64,000 nt of DNA from Escherichia coli (GTDB taxonomy: Bacteria; Pseudomonadota; Gammaproteobacteria; Enterobacterales; Enterobacteriaceae): assembly GCF_003018255.1 (NCBI RefSeq), contig NZ_CP027440.1; one strand, 5' to 3'. Positions 43,131 to 53,333 of the stretch are shown here, piece by piece. A program made the translations under genes and the position numbers. Position 1 is the stretch's first letter. The number at the start of each line of letters is the position of its first letter. The notes under the pieces are model-generated. The model was not told the origin of the DNA, did not search any database, and saw nothing but the letters and a program-made list of their open reading frames with translations.

Positions 43131-43247
43131 GTCTGGTACATGGATATTGATACCACTGCCAATTATAAACTGGGCGGTGCACAGCAACACGATAGCGTAC
43201 GCCTCGATCCGTGGGTGTTTATGTTCTCAGCAGGATATCGTTTTTAA
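43131..43247 (+). pseudogene. ompW: 3' fragment of ompW (last 38 codons), separated from the rest of the gene by the prophage
   Basis: Translates to VWYMDIDTTANYKLGGAQQHDSVRLDPWVFMFSAGYRF*, the remembered K-12 OmpW C-terminus. The upstream in-frame sequence hits TAA at 43119-43121. Confidence 0.85.
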
Positions 43248-43261
43248 TTCCGCACAAAAAT

Positions 43262-43281
43262 GACCCCGTAATTACGGGGTC
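43262..43281. terminator. bidirectional terminator between ompW and yciE
   Basis: Perfect palindrome GACCCCGTAATTACGGGGTC. Confidence 0.7.
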
Positions 43282-43305
43282 AATAAGGACATGGTATAAA
43301 GGGTA

Positions 43306-43812
43306 TTATTTCTTCGCTTCTACGCCATCAGTTTCAGAGCGAATTAAGAATTTCTCAGTTGTTTGCGGAATATGCTGAATTAGCCAGTCGGCCATGTGCT
43401 TTTCATCATTTAAAATCGCTTCGATAATCGGAATTGAGGCTGTATCACCGGCATTTTTTGCTGCTGCTAAGAGTGAGGTATAACAGGCGATTTCAAATTG
43501 CTCGAAGACATATCCGCTAATAGAGCCTTTGACTATTTCATCAGAAGGGAATATACCACCGATTGACTGCCCAAGTGCAGCCATTTTACTCATGGAATCT
43601 TTAATGACTGAACGTGAAATGTCATTACGATCAAGAATAGTTTCCAGTTGAACAATCTGGTTTTTGGTTTCACTAAGATGTTGTTCAATACGAGCGCGTA
43701 GTTCAGGATAATTATCTATACGACTGGCCATGGATTCAAGCATTGATTCGGCTTGCTTTTCCATTGCGTGGGCGTCACGTAACCAGTCATGATAATGTTC
43801 AATACGATTCAT
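43306..43812 (-). CDS. yciE: YciE (ferritin-like, DUF892)
   Basis: 168 aa; matches remembered K-12 YciE and the ompW-yciE-yciF-yciG-trpA synteny. Confidence 0.9.
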   Translation of the reverse strand: MNRIEHYHDWLRDAHAMEKQAESMLESMASRIDNYPELRARIEQHLSETKNQIVQLETILDRNDISRSVIKDSMSKMAALGQSIGGIFPSDEIVKGSISGYVFEQFEIACYTSLLAAAKNAGDTASIPIIEAILNDEKHMADWLIQHIPQTTEKFLIRSETDGVEAKK

Positions 43813-43857
43813 GAAAATGTCCTCTTTATAAAATGACTAAAAGTTAAAGTTCATATT

Positions 43858-44358
43858 TCAGGCTTTATTTTCGGCTTTCTTATTTACGTTATTAAGGGCC
43901 AGATCAGTCAATTTGATGTCGGTGGCCTTTTCTTCTTCCAGGGGCTCTTTCAGAAGCTTCGCTGCTTTACGATAACCTAATTGTTCAGCCAGCGTCGCTA
44001 ATGTCCCGTAACTGGCAATCTCATAATGCTCGACTTTCTGTGCTGCGGCAATCAGTGCGGCATCACGCACTTCGTTTTTCTCGGTACTTTCGATGACCTC
44101 ATTAGCTTCTTCAATAAGACCTTCCATTGCCACACATTTCATGCGCTTAATTTTCAGATTCGATTCTGATTCCACAACTTGATCAATACGTTCAATCTGT
44201 CCATATGTTTCCTCGAGGTGCGCATGAAAAGCCTGACTTAATTTTTCGTTTGATGTTGCTCTTGCGAGTTTTGCCAGTGCCCGGGTTAATTGTTTTTCTG
44301 CGCTGTAGGTATCTGAAAGCAGGTGAATAAATACATCTTCAATGGTCTTCATATTCAT
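43858..44358 (-). CDS. yciF: YciF (ferritin-like, DUF892)
   Basis: 166 aa from the internal ATG (MNMKTIEDVFIHLLSDTYSAEKQL...), as in K-12. Confidence 0.9.
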   Translation of the reverse strand: MNMKTIEDVFIHLLSDTYSAEKQLTRALAKLARATSNEKLSQAFHAHLEETYGQIERIDQVVESESNLKIKRMKCVAMEGLIEEANEVIESTEKNEVRDAALIAAAQKVEHYEIASYGTLATLAEQLGYRKAAKLLKEPLEEEKATDIKLTDLALNNVNKKAENKA

Positions 44359-44443
44359 ATTTTTCTCCAGTGAAATCACTGCGAGCCATACGGCCCGCAG
44401 ATGCAATTATCTTTATCAGCTGATATTAATAATTAACGGTGAA

Positions 44444-44623
44444 TCAGGATTTGCCTGATTTATTACCACCGCTTTGTTGACCGCCTTTTTTACCCGCTTC
44501 AGATGCGCGTTGCGGATCATTTTTAAAATTACCGCCGCTATGCTGACCGCCTTTACGGCCAGCGTCGGATGCCTTTTCACGGTCTTCGGCGAAATTTCCT
44601 GAACCACCACGATGTTCGGCCAT
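44444..44623 (-). CDS. yciG: YciG (KGG-repeat stress protein)
   Basis: 59 aa from the internal ATG (MAEHRGGSGNFAEDREKASDAGRKGGQHSGGN...), as in K-12. Confidence 0.9.
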   Translation of the reverse strand: MAEHRGGSGNFAEDREKASDAGRKGGQHSGGNFKNDPQRASEAGKKGGQQSGGNKSGKS

Positions 44624-45003
44624 GTTATTTCTCCCGTTGCGTTGCATTGTTTCATTAATATGAGTGTTGTGTGTCGACACTCATTAAAATTAGTCGCTAA
44701 TGAAAATTAGTCAAATTAAGCGCAACGAGAAAAAAGAGGGAAAATATATTATGAGGAACATTCTGGATATATTAACAATTGCCTGAGGAATAAGTGACTT
44801 AGAGAAAATTATTGATTTTACTGGTGTTATGTTGCGGGATTAATTTGTTTGATTATATTACTGTTGGGCGGAAAAAAGACGTAAGTTGACGTTCGACAGG
44901 GGCAAGCGAAACGGTAAAAAGATAAATAATAAATGAATTTAGGATTTTTCCAGCTTCGTTAAAGAAAGTTAAAATGCCGCCAGCGGAACTGGCGGCTGTG
45001 GGA

Positions 45004-45810
45004 TTAACTGCGCGTCGCCGCTTTCATCGGTTGTACAAAAGCTTTCAGTGCCGCCAGCATTTTCTCTGGCTCATTAATATGTTGCTCGATGATTTTAACA
45101 ATGGCTGAACCTGAAATCGCGCCTGCAGCTCCTGCATCAATCGCTGCTTTGACCTGATCCGGGGCGGAAATACCAAATCCCTGCAATGGAGGTGCAGCGT
45201 TGTACTCTTTCAGCTTCGCAACCAGATGATCGAGGGGTAACGCGGCGCGGTTTTCTGCGCCGGTCACGCCCGCACGTGACAATAAATAGGTGTATCCACG
45301 ACCGTAGGAGGCTATCTGGCGCAGCAAATCATCGTCGGCATTCGGCGGGCAAATAAAGATAGGTGCGACATTATGACGCAACGCGGCCTGGCGGAAGGGA
45401 GCGGACTCTTCCACTGGCACATCGGCAACCAGCACCGAATCGACGCCGACTTTCTCGCACTGGGCATAAAACTCATCAATGCCTTTGTTAAACACCAGGT
45501 TGGCATACATCAAAAGGCCGATGGGAATGGTCGGGTGCTTCTGGCGAATCAGTGCCAGCATCTCAAAGCACTGTGCCGGGGTCACACCTGCCGCAAAGGC
45601 ACGCAGTGTGGCGTTTTGAATCGTCGGGCCATCCGCCAGTGGGTCGGAGAAGGGGATACCTAACTCCAGCGCGTCAGCACCGGCTTCAATTAGCGTGTCG
45701 ATAATTTTCAGCGACTGCTCAATGCCCGGATCACCGAGCGTGACGAAAGGAACGAATGCGCCTTCTTTGCGCTCCTTCAACTGGGCAAACAGAGATTCGT
45801 AGCGTTCCAT
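45004..45810 (-). CDS. trpA: tryptophan synthase alpha chain
   Basis: 268 aa, [28 protein letters not shown]... Confidence 0.98.
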   Translation of the reverse strand: MERYESLFAQLKERKEGAFVPFVTLGDPGIEQSLKIIDTLIEAGADALELGIPFSDPLADGPTIQNATLRAFAAGVTPAQCFEMLALIRQKHPTIPIGLLMYANLVFNKGIDEFYAQCEKVGVDSVLVADVPVEESAPFRQAALRHNVAPIFICPPNADDDLLRQIASYGRGYTYLLSRAGVTGAENRAALPLDHLVAKLKEYNAAPPLQGFGISAPDQVKAAIDAGAAGAISGSAIVKIIEQHINEPEKMLAALKAFVQPMKAATRS

Positions 45811-47003
45811 CAGATTTCCCCTCGTGCTTTCAAAATATCGTGAACGGTGAAGATGTCTTTATCGCCGCGACCGGAAAGGTTAACCACCAGTAGCTGCTCT
45901 TTTTCCGGGTTTTCGCGCATCATTTTCAGCGCATGGGCCAGGGCGTGGGAGGACTCCAGCGCCGGGATAATCCCTTCGTGCAGGCAGAGCGTTTTGAAGG
46001 CTTCCAGTGCTTCATCATCGGTAATTGACACGTAATCAGCGCGTCCAGTGCTGTTAAGATACGCGTGTTGTGGGCCGACAGACGGGAAATCCAGTCCGGC
46101 GGAGATGGAGTAAGATTCTTCAATCTGTCCGTCTTCGGTTTGCATCATCGGCGCTTTCATACCGAAATAGATGCCCACGCGACCGTGTTTTAACGGTGCG
46201 CCGTGCTCGCCAGTTTCGATACCGTGACCGCCTGGTTCGACACCAATCAGGCCGACGTTGGTTTCATTGATGAAATCAGCAAACATGCCGATGGCATTCG
46301 AACCGCCGCCAACACAGGCGATAACCGCATCCGGCAGGCGACCTTCTCTTTCCAGAATCTGCGCTTTCGTTTCTTCGCCAATCATTCGCTGAAACTCACG
46401 CACAATGGTCGGGTAAGGATGCGGGCCAGCCGCGGTGCCCAGCATATAGTGCGCGGTTTCATAACTGCCGGACCAGTCGCGTAGCGCCTCATTACAGGCA
46501 TCTTTCAGCGTCGCGGAACCGCTATGCACCGGGATCACTTCCGCACCCATTAAGCGCATACGAAAAACGTTAGGCGACTGGCGCTCGACGTCTTTGGCAC
46601 CCATATAAATGCGACATTTCAGGCCGAGCAGGGCGCTGGCAAGGGCCGACGCCACGCCATGCTGACCGGCTCCGGTTTCGGCGATGATTTCCGTTTTTCC
46701 CATCCGCTTCGCCAGCAACGCCTGGCCGAGCACCTGGTTGGTTTTATGCGCGCCGCCGTGCAGCAAATCTTCGCGCTTCAGATACAGCGTGGTGTTCGTG
46801 CCAGCCGTAATGTTCTGGCATTTGGTCAGTGCGGTTGGACGCCCGGCATAGTTTTTCAGCAGGTCGTTGAACTGGGCCTGAAATTCAGGATCTTTTTGCG
46901 CGCTGACAAAAGCTTCTTCCAGCTGGCGCAGAGCAGGCATCAGGATTTGTGGCACGTACATGCCGCCAAACTCACCAAAATACGGGTTAAGTAATGTTGT
47001 CAT
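45810..47003 (-). CDS. trpB: tryptophan synthase beta chain
   Basis: 397 aa, [25 protein letters not shown]...; 1-nt overlap with trpA. Confidence 0.98.
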   Translation of the reverse strand: MTTLLNPYFGEFGGMYVPQILMPALRQLEEAFVSAQKDPEFQAQFNDLLKNYAGRPTALTKCQNITAGTNTTLYLKREDLLHGGAHKTNQVLGQALLAKRMGKTEIIAETGAGQHGVASALASALLGLKCRIYMGAKDVERQSPNVFRMRLMGAEVIPVHSGSATLKDACNEALRDWSGSYETAHYMLGTAAGPHPYPTIVREFQRMIGEETKAQILEREGRLPDAVIACVGGGSNAIGMFADFINETNVGLIGVEPGGHGIETGEHGAPLKHGRVGIYFGMKAPMMQTEDGQIEESYSISAGLDFPSVGPQHAYLNSTGRADYVSITDDEALEAFKTLCLHEGIIPALESSHALAHALKMMRENPEKEQLLVVNLSGRGDKDIFTVHDILKARGEI

Positions 47004-47014
47004 TGTTCCTTTCC

Positions 47015-48376
47015 TTAATATGCGCGCAGCGTCTGGAAAACCGAGGCCAAAAGACGTGCGTCTTTGATGCCCGGTTGCGACTCTACAGCAGAATTAAAAT
47101 CAAGTCCGGCGCAGCCGGTTTGTGCCGCTTCCACGCAGTTATCTGCGCCTAAGCCCCCCGCCAGCAGAACGTTGCCAAGCGATTGACCGTTTAACAGTGA
47201 CCAGTCGAAACGTTGCCCGCTTCCACCCTGGCCGTTGTCGAAAACATATTTATCAACGTGCTGAAGCTCGCGGGCGGGCAGGGTTTCACCGACGCTTAAT
47301 GCTTTCCAGATGGCAACGTTTTCAGGCAGCGCACCACGCAGCGTATCGATATACAGCTGATCTTCATTACCATGCAGTTGCACTGCTGCCAGCGATAACA
47401 CCTTAGCTTTGTCCACCACATCGGCAATATCGTGATTGCGGAACACGCCAACATACTGCAACGGTGCCGCAGCCATCACTTCCTGCGCCTGTTCAACGTT
47501 GACGCAACGCGGTGATGTCGCAACAAAAATCAACCCACCGTAAATCGCGCCCGCGTCATAAGCTGCTTTAGCATCTTGCCCACGCGTCAGGCCACATACT
47601 TTATTCTCACCCAGCAACACCCGGCGCACGGCGGCGTTCAAATCGTCATGGGCCATCAACGCCGAACCAATCAGAAAACCGTTAGCGAAGTGGCTTAACT
47701 CGCGCACCTGAGCGTAAGTATTGATGCCGGATTCGCTGATTACCGTCACGTTGTGCCCCAGTTTCGGCGCAAGCTCGCGGGTACGGTTGAGATCAATCGA
47801 CAAATCACGCAGATCGCGGTTGTTGATGCCAACGACCTTTGCCCCCAATGCAATGGCACGCTCCAGTTCCTCTTCATTACTGACTTCGGTCAGCACACCC
47901 ATCTCCAGACTGTGGGCGACGGCAGCAAGCTGGCGATATTGTTCGTCATCCAGTACTGAAAGCATTAATAAGCAGGCATCGGCCTGGTAATAGCGCGCCA
48001 GATAGATCTGGTAAGGATCGATAATGAAGTCTTTACATAAAATCGGCTGCGGGGCGATTTGGCTGACGATGGGGAGGAAATCAAAGCTCCCCTGAAAATA
48101 TTTCTCATCAGTCAGCACCGAAATTGCCGAAGCGTAATGTTTATAAATGGCGGCAATGCGTGCCGGATCGAAATCATCACGGATCACGCCTTTTGACGGC
48201 GACGCTTTTTTACACTCCAGAATAAACGCCGTGCGTGCGCCCTGAAGTGCATCATAAAAATGTCGCGTGCTCGGCTGAACCTCATTCTGAAAACTGGCCA
48301 GCGGTTGCTGCTGTTTGCGGGTTTCTACCCAAATCGCCTTGTCTGCGACGATTTTCGCTAAAACGGTTTGCATCAT
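47015..48376 (-). CDS. trpC: bifunctional indole-3-glycerol-phosphate synthase / PRA isomerase
   Basis: 453 aa, [18 protein letters not shown]... Confidence 0.98.
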   Translation of the reverse strand: MMQTVLAKIVADKAIWVETRKQQQPLASFQNEVQPSTRHFYDALQGARTAFILECKKASPSKGVIRDDFDPARIAAIYKHYASAISVLTDEKYFQGSFDFLPIVSQIAPQPILCKDFIIDPYQIYLARYYQADACLLMLSVLDDEQYRQLAAVAHSLEMGVLTEVSNEEELERAIALGAKVVGINNRDLRDLSIDLNRTRELAPKLGHNVTVISESGINTYAQVRELSHFANGFLIGSALMAHDDLNAAVRRVLLGENKVCGLTRGQDAKAAYDAGAIYGGLIFVATSPRCVNVEQAQEVMAAAPLQYVGVFRNHDIADVVDKAKVLSLAAVQLHGNEDQLYIDTLRGALPENVAIWKALSVGETLPARELQHVDKYVFDNGQGGSGQRFDWSLLNGQSLGNVLLAGGLGADNCVEAAQTGCAGLDFNSAVESQPGIKDARLLASVFQTLRAY

Positions 48377-49972
48377 TTACCCTCGTGCCGCCAGTGCGGT
48401 GACTCTGTCGTAAGCGGAACCACTGCGCAGTACCTCAAGAACGGTTTGCGCATTGGCTTGCAGATCTTCATGGCCATGCAGGCGCATTAACATGGCGACA
48501 TTCGCCGCGACGGCTGCTTCGTGAGCGGCGTCGCCTTTACCTTGTAACAAGCGTGTTAAAATGTCACGGTTTTCTTCCGGTGTTCCGCCTGCCAGTTGCT
48601 CCTGGTGGTAGGGTGTCAGGCCAAAATCTTCAGCGGTCAATTGATAGCTCTTAATTTCACCGTCATGCAGTTCGGCAACGATTGTCGGCGCGTGTAATGA
48701 AACTTCATCCATCCCGCCACTGTGCACTACCGCAGCGCGTTGATACCCCAGCACGCGCAAGGTTTCGGCAATCGGTAGCACCAGTTCCGGACTATAAACA
48801 CCAATTAACGCCAGCGGCGGATGCGCCGGGTTAATCAATGGCCCCAGCACATTGAACAGGGTGCGGGTTTTCAGTTGCTGGCGAACCGGCATCGCGTGGC
48901 GGAATCCGGTGTGATATTTCGGCGCAAAGAGGAAACAGACGCCTAACTCATCCAGCGCCTGGCGCGATTTATCGGCGTTCATATCAAGATTAATACCGAA
49001 TGCCGCCAGCAGATCCGACGAACCGGATTTACTGGAGACGCTACGGTTGCCGTGTTTCGCCACTTTCAGCCCACAGGCCGCGGCGACAAACGCACTGGCG
49101 GTAGAAATATTGATACTGTTACTGCCGTCACCACCGGTACCGACGATATCGGCAAACAGATAATCAGGGCGCGGGAACGGCGCAGCATTTTCCAGAAGGG
49201 CAGTTGCTGCCCCGGCGATTTCGTTCGGGTGCTCGCCACGAATTTTCATGCTTACCAGAGCCGCCGCGAGCTGTTCTGGCTTCAGCTCGCCACGCACCAC
49301 CGCTGAAAACAGCTGGTGGCTTTCTTGCTGGCTAAGCGTCTGCGCCTGATACAGTTTTTCCAGAATCGGTTGCAGCGTGTTAGTCGGTTCCAGTTTCTGC
49401 TGCGCCCAGGCCAATGTTTGTTCCAGCAGGCGAGCGCCCTGGGTAGTAAGAATGGATTCCGGATGGAACTGGAATCCACAAACGCGATCTGCATCGTGAC
49501 GCACCGCCATCACCATGCCATTAAAATGGGCGTTGATGGTTAAACCGGCCGGAATGTTACTGCCAACCAGCGAGTGATAACGCGCCACTGGCAGCGGGTT
49601 TGTTAATCCGGCAAACATCGCCTGACCGTCATGTTCAATGCTGGAGGCTTTACCGTGAAGAATTTCGCCCGCCTGACCGACATAGCCCCCGTAAGCTTCG
49701 ACAATTGCCTGATGTCCGAGGCAAATGCCAATAATTGGCAGCTTGCCACGCAAGCGGGTGAGGAGTTCCGGCATACAACCGGCTTCGCTCGGCACACCGG
49801 GGCCAGGAGAAAGCATCAGCACCGGATTGCTCATCGTCGCCAGGCGTTCAATTAAGGTCTGCGCCGGAACATGGTTGCGGTAAATCACCACGTTATGACC
49901 ATTGCTGCGCAACTGATCTGCCAGGTTGTACGTAAAAGAGTCGATATTATCGAGCAGCAGAATGTCAGCCAT
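48377..49972 (-). CDS. trpD: anthranilate synthase component II / anthranilate phosphoribosyltransferase
   Basis: 531 aa, [22 protein letters not shown]... Confidence 0.98.
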   Translation of the reverse strand: MADILLLDNIDSFTYNLADQLRSNGHNVVIYRNHVPAQTLIERLATMSNPVLMLSPGPGVPSEAGCMPELLTRLRGKLPIIGICLGHQAIVEAYGGYVGQAGEILHGKASSIEHDGQAMFAGLTNPLPVARYHSLVGSNIPAGLTINAHFNGMVMAVRHDADRVCGFQFHPESILTTQGARLLEQTLAWAQQKLEPTNTLQPILEKLYQAQTLSQQESHQLFSAVVRGELKPEQLAAALVSMKIRGEHPNEIAGAATALLENAAPFPRPDYLFADIVGTGGDGSNSINISTASAFVAAACGLKVAKHGNRSVSSKSGSSDLLAAFGINLDMNADKSRQALDELGVCFLFAPKYHTGFRHAMPVRQQLKTRTLFNVLGPLINPAHPPLALIGVYSPELVLPIAETLRVLGYQRAAVVHSGGMDEVSLHAPTIVAELHDGEIKSYQLTAEDFGLTPYHQEQLAGGTPEENRDILTRLLQGKGDAAHEAAVAANVAMLMRLHGHEDLQANAQTVLEVLRSGSAYDRVTALAARG

Positions 49973-51534
49973 CAGAACGTCTCCTGTGCATGATGCGCGG
50001 TGGCAATAGCGCGCAGTACAGCGCGGGCTTTATTACGGGTTTCGTCGGCTTCCGACTGCGGAACAGAATCAAGGACTACGCCAGCACCGGCTTGCACGGT
50101 GGCGATACCGTTTTCCACCAGCGCCGAGCGGATCACAATGCAGGTGTCGAGATCGCCATGCGCGGTAAAATAACCTACCGCGCCGCCGTAGCTGCCGCGT
50201 CGACGACCTTCTGCTTCGGCAATTAACTGCATAGCGCGCACTTTCGGCGCACCGCTTAATGTCCCCATATTCATACAGGCGCGGTAAGCGTGCAGGGCGT
50301 CGAGATCGTGGCGCAGCTCACCGACCACGCGGGAGACGAGGTGCATCACATAAGAATAACGGTCAACTTTGGTGAGATCGGCGACGTAGCGACTACCGGG
50401 AGTGCAAATACGCGCCAGGTCATTACGGGCGAGATCCACTAGCATCAGATGTTCAGAAAGCTCTTTATGATCGGTACGCATTTCCAGTTCGATGCGGCTG
50501 TCGAGGTCTCTGTCCAGTGAACCATCGGCACGACGACCGCGTGGACGTGTTCCGGCAATCGGGTAGATCTCAATCTGGCGGCTGGTGGCGTCATACTTGA
50601 GCGAACTTTCCGGCGACGCGCCAAACAGGGTGAAATCATTATCCTGCATAAAAAACATGTACGGGCTGGGATTACTCTTTTTCAGCACGTAATAGGCCGC
50701 CAGCGGTGACGGGCAGGGCAGAGAGAAACGGCGAGATGGCACCACCTGGAAAATTTCTCCGGCGCGAATCGCTTTTTGCAGCGAACGCACTACGCCACCG
50801 AACTCTTCATCACTCTGGTTACATTCACAACGCATATGCGGCACGGAAACCACCGGCAGCGGCGGCGCGGCTTCGGTCAGTTGCTGACGTAGTTCGTTCA
50901 GGCGAGCAGTGAGACGTTGTTTTTCTTCTTCATTCGGAGCAAACAGGCTGGCCTGAATACGGGTGCTTTTTTTCTGATGGTCAATCACCATCAGCGTTTC
51001 AGCGAGATAAAAACAGAAATCAGGACAGTTATTTTCCGCTGCCAGTTGTGGTAAATCTTCAAATCCCGCCACAAGGTCATAAGAGAACAGACCGCCGAAG
51101 AACATTGCTTCTCGTTCTTCATTCGGTACATTCAACAGACTCTGCAATAAGCGGAAAGCGTCAAAAACCGAAAGGGAGCATAAGCGAGCGTCTTCATCCA
51201 GCAGTGGACTGACAGGGGGGAAGCGCAGCACACGGCAGTTTGGTGATTGTTCATTTTCCACACCCGCAGGCAGGGCGTTATCCAGTAGTGCCAGCAGGGC
51301 TTCGCCATTGCCGGAAAGTGCCTGGATTGTGACAGTGTCACCTAAAGCTGTAATGCGCAGCGCACTGTCTACCAGCAGCAGGCTTTTTAAATCATCTTTG
51401 CTGTCGATATCTGCGGATTCCAGTAGCAGCGTTGCTGGACGATCCTCACACAACTGGTGAAAAAGCGCGGTGGGATTGTCGCGATAAGCGCCTTCGCAGG
51501 TTAGCAGTTCGAGAGTCGGTTTTTGTGTTTGCAT
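49972..51534 (-). CDS. trpE: anthranilate synthase component I
   Basis: 520 aa, [29 protein letters not shown]... Confidence 0.98.
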   Translation of the reverse strand: MQTQKPTLELLTCEGAYRDNPTALFHQLCEDRPATLLLESADIDSKDDLKSLLLVDSALRITALGDTVTIQALSGNGEALLALLDNALPAGVENEQSPNCRVLRFPPVSPLLDEDARLCSLSVFDAFRLLQSLLNVPNEEREAMFFGGLFSYDLVAGFEDLPQLAAENNCPDFCFYLAETLMVIDHQKKSTRIQASLFAPNEEEKQRLTARLNELRQQLTEAAPPLPVVSVPHMRCECNQSDEEFGGVVRSLQKAIRAGEIFQVVPSRRFSLPCPSPLAAYYVLKKSNPSPYMFFMQDNDFTLFGASPESSLKYDATSRQIEIYPIAGTRPRGRRADGSLDRDLDSRIELEMRTDHKELSEHLMLVDLARNDLARICTPGSRYVADLTKVDRYSYVMHLVSRVVGELRHDLDALHAYRACMNMGTLSGAPKVRAMQLIAEAEGRRRGSYGGAVGYFTAHGDLDTCIVIRSALVENGIATVQAGAGVVLDSVPQSEADETRNKARAVLRAIATAHHAQETF

Positions 51535-51555
51535 TGTTATTCTCTAATTTTGTTC

Positions 51556-51583
51556 AAAAAAAAGCCCGCTCATTAGGCGGGCT
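51556..51583 (-). terminator. trp attenuator (3:4 terminator hairpin)
   Basis: Minus strand: AGCCCGCCTAATGAGCGGGCT followed by U8. Confidence 0.95.
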
Positions 51584-51625
51584 GGGTATCTGATTGCTTT
51601 ACGCATGGTGAATACACTGCCCGTT

Positions 51626-51670
51626 TCAGGAAGTGCGCCACCAACCTTTCAGTACGAAAATTGCTTTCAT
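51626..51670 (-). CDS. trpL: trp operon leader peptide
   Basis: Minus strand ATGAAAGCAATTTTCGTACTGAAAGGTTGGTGGCGCACTTCCTGA = [14 protein letters not shown], with the tandem Trp codons. Confidence 0.97.
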
Positions 51671-51694
51671 TGTCGATACCCTTTTTACGTGAAC

Positions 51695-51735
51695 TTGCGT
51701 ACTAGTTAACTAGTTCGATGATTAATTGTCAACAG
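51695..51735 (-). promoter_or_regulatory. trp promoter and TrpR operator
   Basis: Minus strand TTGACAATTAATCATCGAACTAGTTAACTAGTACGCAAG: -35 TTGACA at 51732-51727 and the palindromic operator around GTACTAGTTAACTAGTTC. Confidence 0.95.
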
Positions 51736-51807
51736 CTCATTTCAGAATATTTGCCAGAACCGTTATGATGTCGGCGCAAAAAACATTATCCAGAACGGGA
51801 GTGCGCC

Positions 51808-52689
51808 TTGAGCGACACGAATTACGCAGTGATTTACGACCTGCACAGCCATACCACAGCTTCCGATGGCTGCCTGACGCCAGAAGCATTGGTGCACCGT
51901 GCAGTCGAGATGCGCGTCGGCACCCTGGCGATCACCGACCATGACACCACAGCTGCAATCGCGCCAGCAAGAGAGGAAATTTCACGTTCGGGACTGGCGC
52001 TGAATCTTATACCCGGCGTGGAAATTTCCACGGTCTGGGAAAATCATGAAATTCATATTGTCGGGCTGAATATTGATATTACTCATCCGCTAATGTGTGA
52101 GTTCCTCGCGCAGCAGACAGAACGGCGCAATCAGCGGGCGCAGGTGATTGCCGAAAGACTTGAAAAAGCGCAAATACCTGGGGCGCTGGAAGGCGCACAA
52201 CGACTGGCGCAGGGCGGCGCAGTGACGCGCGGTCATTTTGCGCGTTTCCTTGTTGAGTGCGGCAAAGCCAGTTCAATGGCGGATGTCTTTAAAAAGTATC
52301 TGGCGCGCGGGAAAACCGGATACGTTCCGCCACAGTGGTGTACAATAGAACAAGCTATTGATGTCATTCATCATTCTGGCGGTAAGGCGGTGCTAGCTCA
52401 TCCTGGGCGGTACAATCTTAGTGCTAAATGGCTGAAAAGATTGGTTGCGCATTTTGCCGAACACCACGGCGACGCGATGGAAGTCGCGCAGTGCCAGCAA
52501 TCGCCCAATGAACGCACCCAGCTGGCGACACTTGCGCGTCAGCATCATTTATGGGCATCACAAGGATCTGATTTTCATCAGCCATGCCCGTGGATCGAAC
52601 TGGGTCGTAAACTCTGGCTGCCCGCAGGCGTTGAAGGCGTCTGGCAGCTATGGGAACAGCCGCAGAACACCACAGAGAGGGAATTATGA
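51808..52689 (+). CDS. yciV: PHP-domain 5'-3' exoribonuclease YciV (TrpH / RNase AM)
   Basis: 293 aa, TTG start, MSDTNYAVIYDLHSHTTASDG... Confidence 0.95.
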   Translation: MSDTNYAVIYDLHSHTTASDGCLTPEALVHRAVEMRVGTLAITDHDTTAAIAPAREEISRSGLALNLIPGVEISTVWENHEIHIVGLNIDITHPLMCEFLAQQTERRNQRAQVIAERLEKAQIPGALEGAQRLAQGGAVTRGHFARFLVECGKASSMADVFKKYLARGKTGYVPPQWCTIEQAIDVIHHSGGKAVLAHPGRYNLSAKWLKRLVAHFAEHHGDAMEVAQCQQSPNERTQLATLARQHHLWASQGSDFHQPCPWIELGRKLWLPAGVEGVWQLWEQPQNTTEREL

Positions 52690-53306
52690 GCCAGTTTTTT
52701 TATATTCATCCTGATAATCCGCAGCAACGTCTGATCAACCAAGCGGTGGAGATCGTGCGTAAAGGCGGGGTGATTGTTTATCCAACCGATTCCGGCTATG
52801 CGCTCGGCTGTAAAATTGAAGATAAAAACGCCATGGAGCGTATTTGTCGAATTCGCCAGCTGCCGGACGGTCACAACTTTACCCTGATGTGTCGCGATCT
52901 TTCTGAGCTCTCGACCTATTCATTCGTGGATAACGTTGCGTTTCGTTTGATGAAAAACAACACGCCGGGCAACTACACCTTCATCCTGAAAGGGACGAAG
53001 GAGGTGCCACGCCGTCTGTTGCAGGAAAAACGCAAAACCATCGGTATGCGTGTGCCTTCTAACCCGATTGCGCAGGCGTTGCTTGAAGCACTGGGCGAAC
53101 CGATGCTTTCCACTTCGCTAATGCTGCCAGGCAGCGAATTTACCGAATCCGATCCGGAAGAAATTAAAGACCGTCTGGAAAAACAGGTGGACTTGATTAT
53201 TCACGGCGGCTATCTCGGGCAGAAACCAACAACGGTTATTGATCTTACTGATGATACGCCGGTCGTGGTGCGTGAAGGCGTAGGTGATGTGAAGCCTTTC
53301 TTATAA
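52686..53306 (+). CDS. yciO: YciO (Sua5/YrdC/YciO family)
   Basis: 206 aa from the internal ATG (MSQFFYIHPDNPQQRLINQAVEIVRKGG...), as in K-12. Confidence 0.95.
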   Translation: MSQFFYIHPDNPQQRLINQAVEIVRKGGVIVYPTDSGYALGCKIEDKNAMERICRIRQLPDGHNFTLMCRDLSELSTYSFVDNVAFRLMKNNTPGNYTFILKGTKEVPRRLLQEKRKTIGMRVPSNPIAQALLEALGEPMLSTSLMLPGSEFTESDPEEIKDRLEKQVDLIIHGGYLGQKPTTVIDLTDDTPVVVREGVGDVKPFL

Positions 53307-53333
53307 CAAATTGCGTTCCACGGATGGAAGACT

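Noticed and set aside
45312-51944. Numerous 60-110-aa ORFs on either strand within trpA-E and across the trp promoter (for example 46659..46994, 47122..47406, 51726..51944)
   Set aside because: They are embedded in or antisense to the highly conserved trp genes and regulatory region, and there is no independent support.
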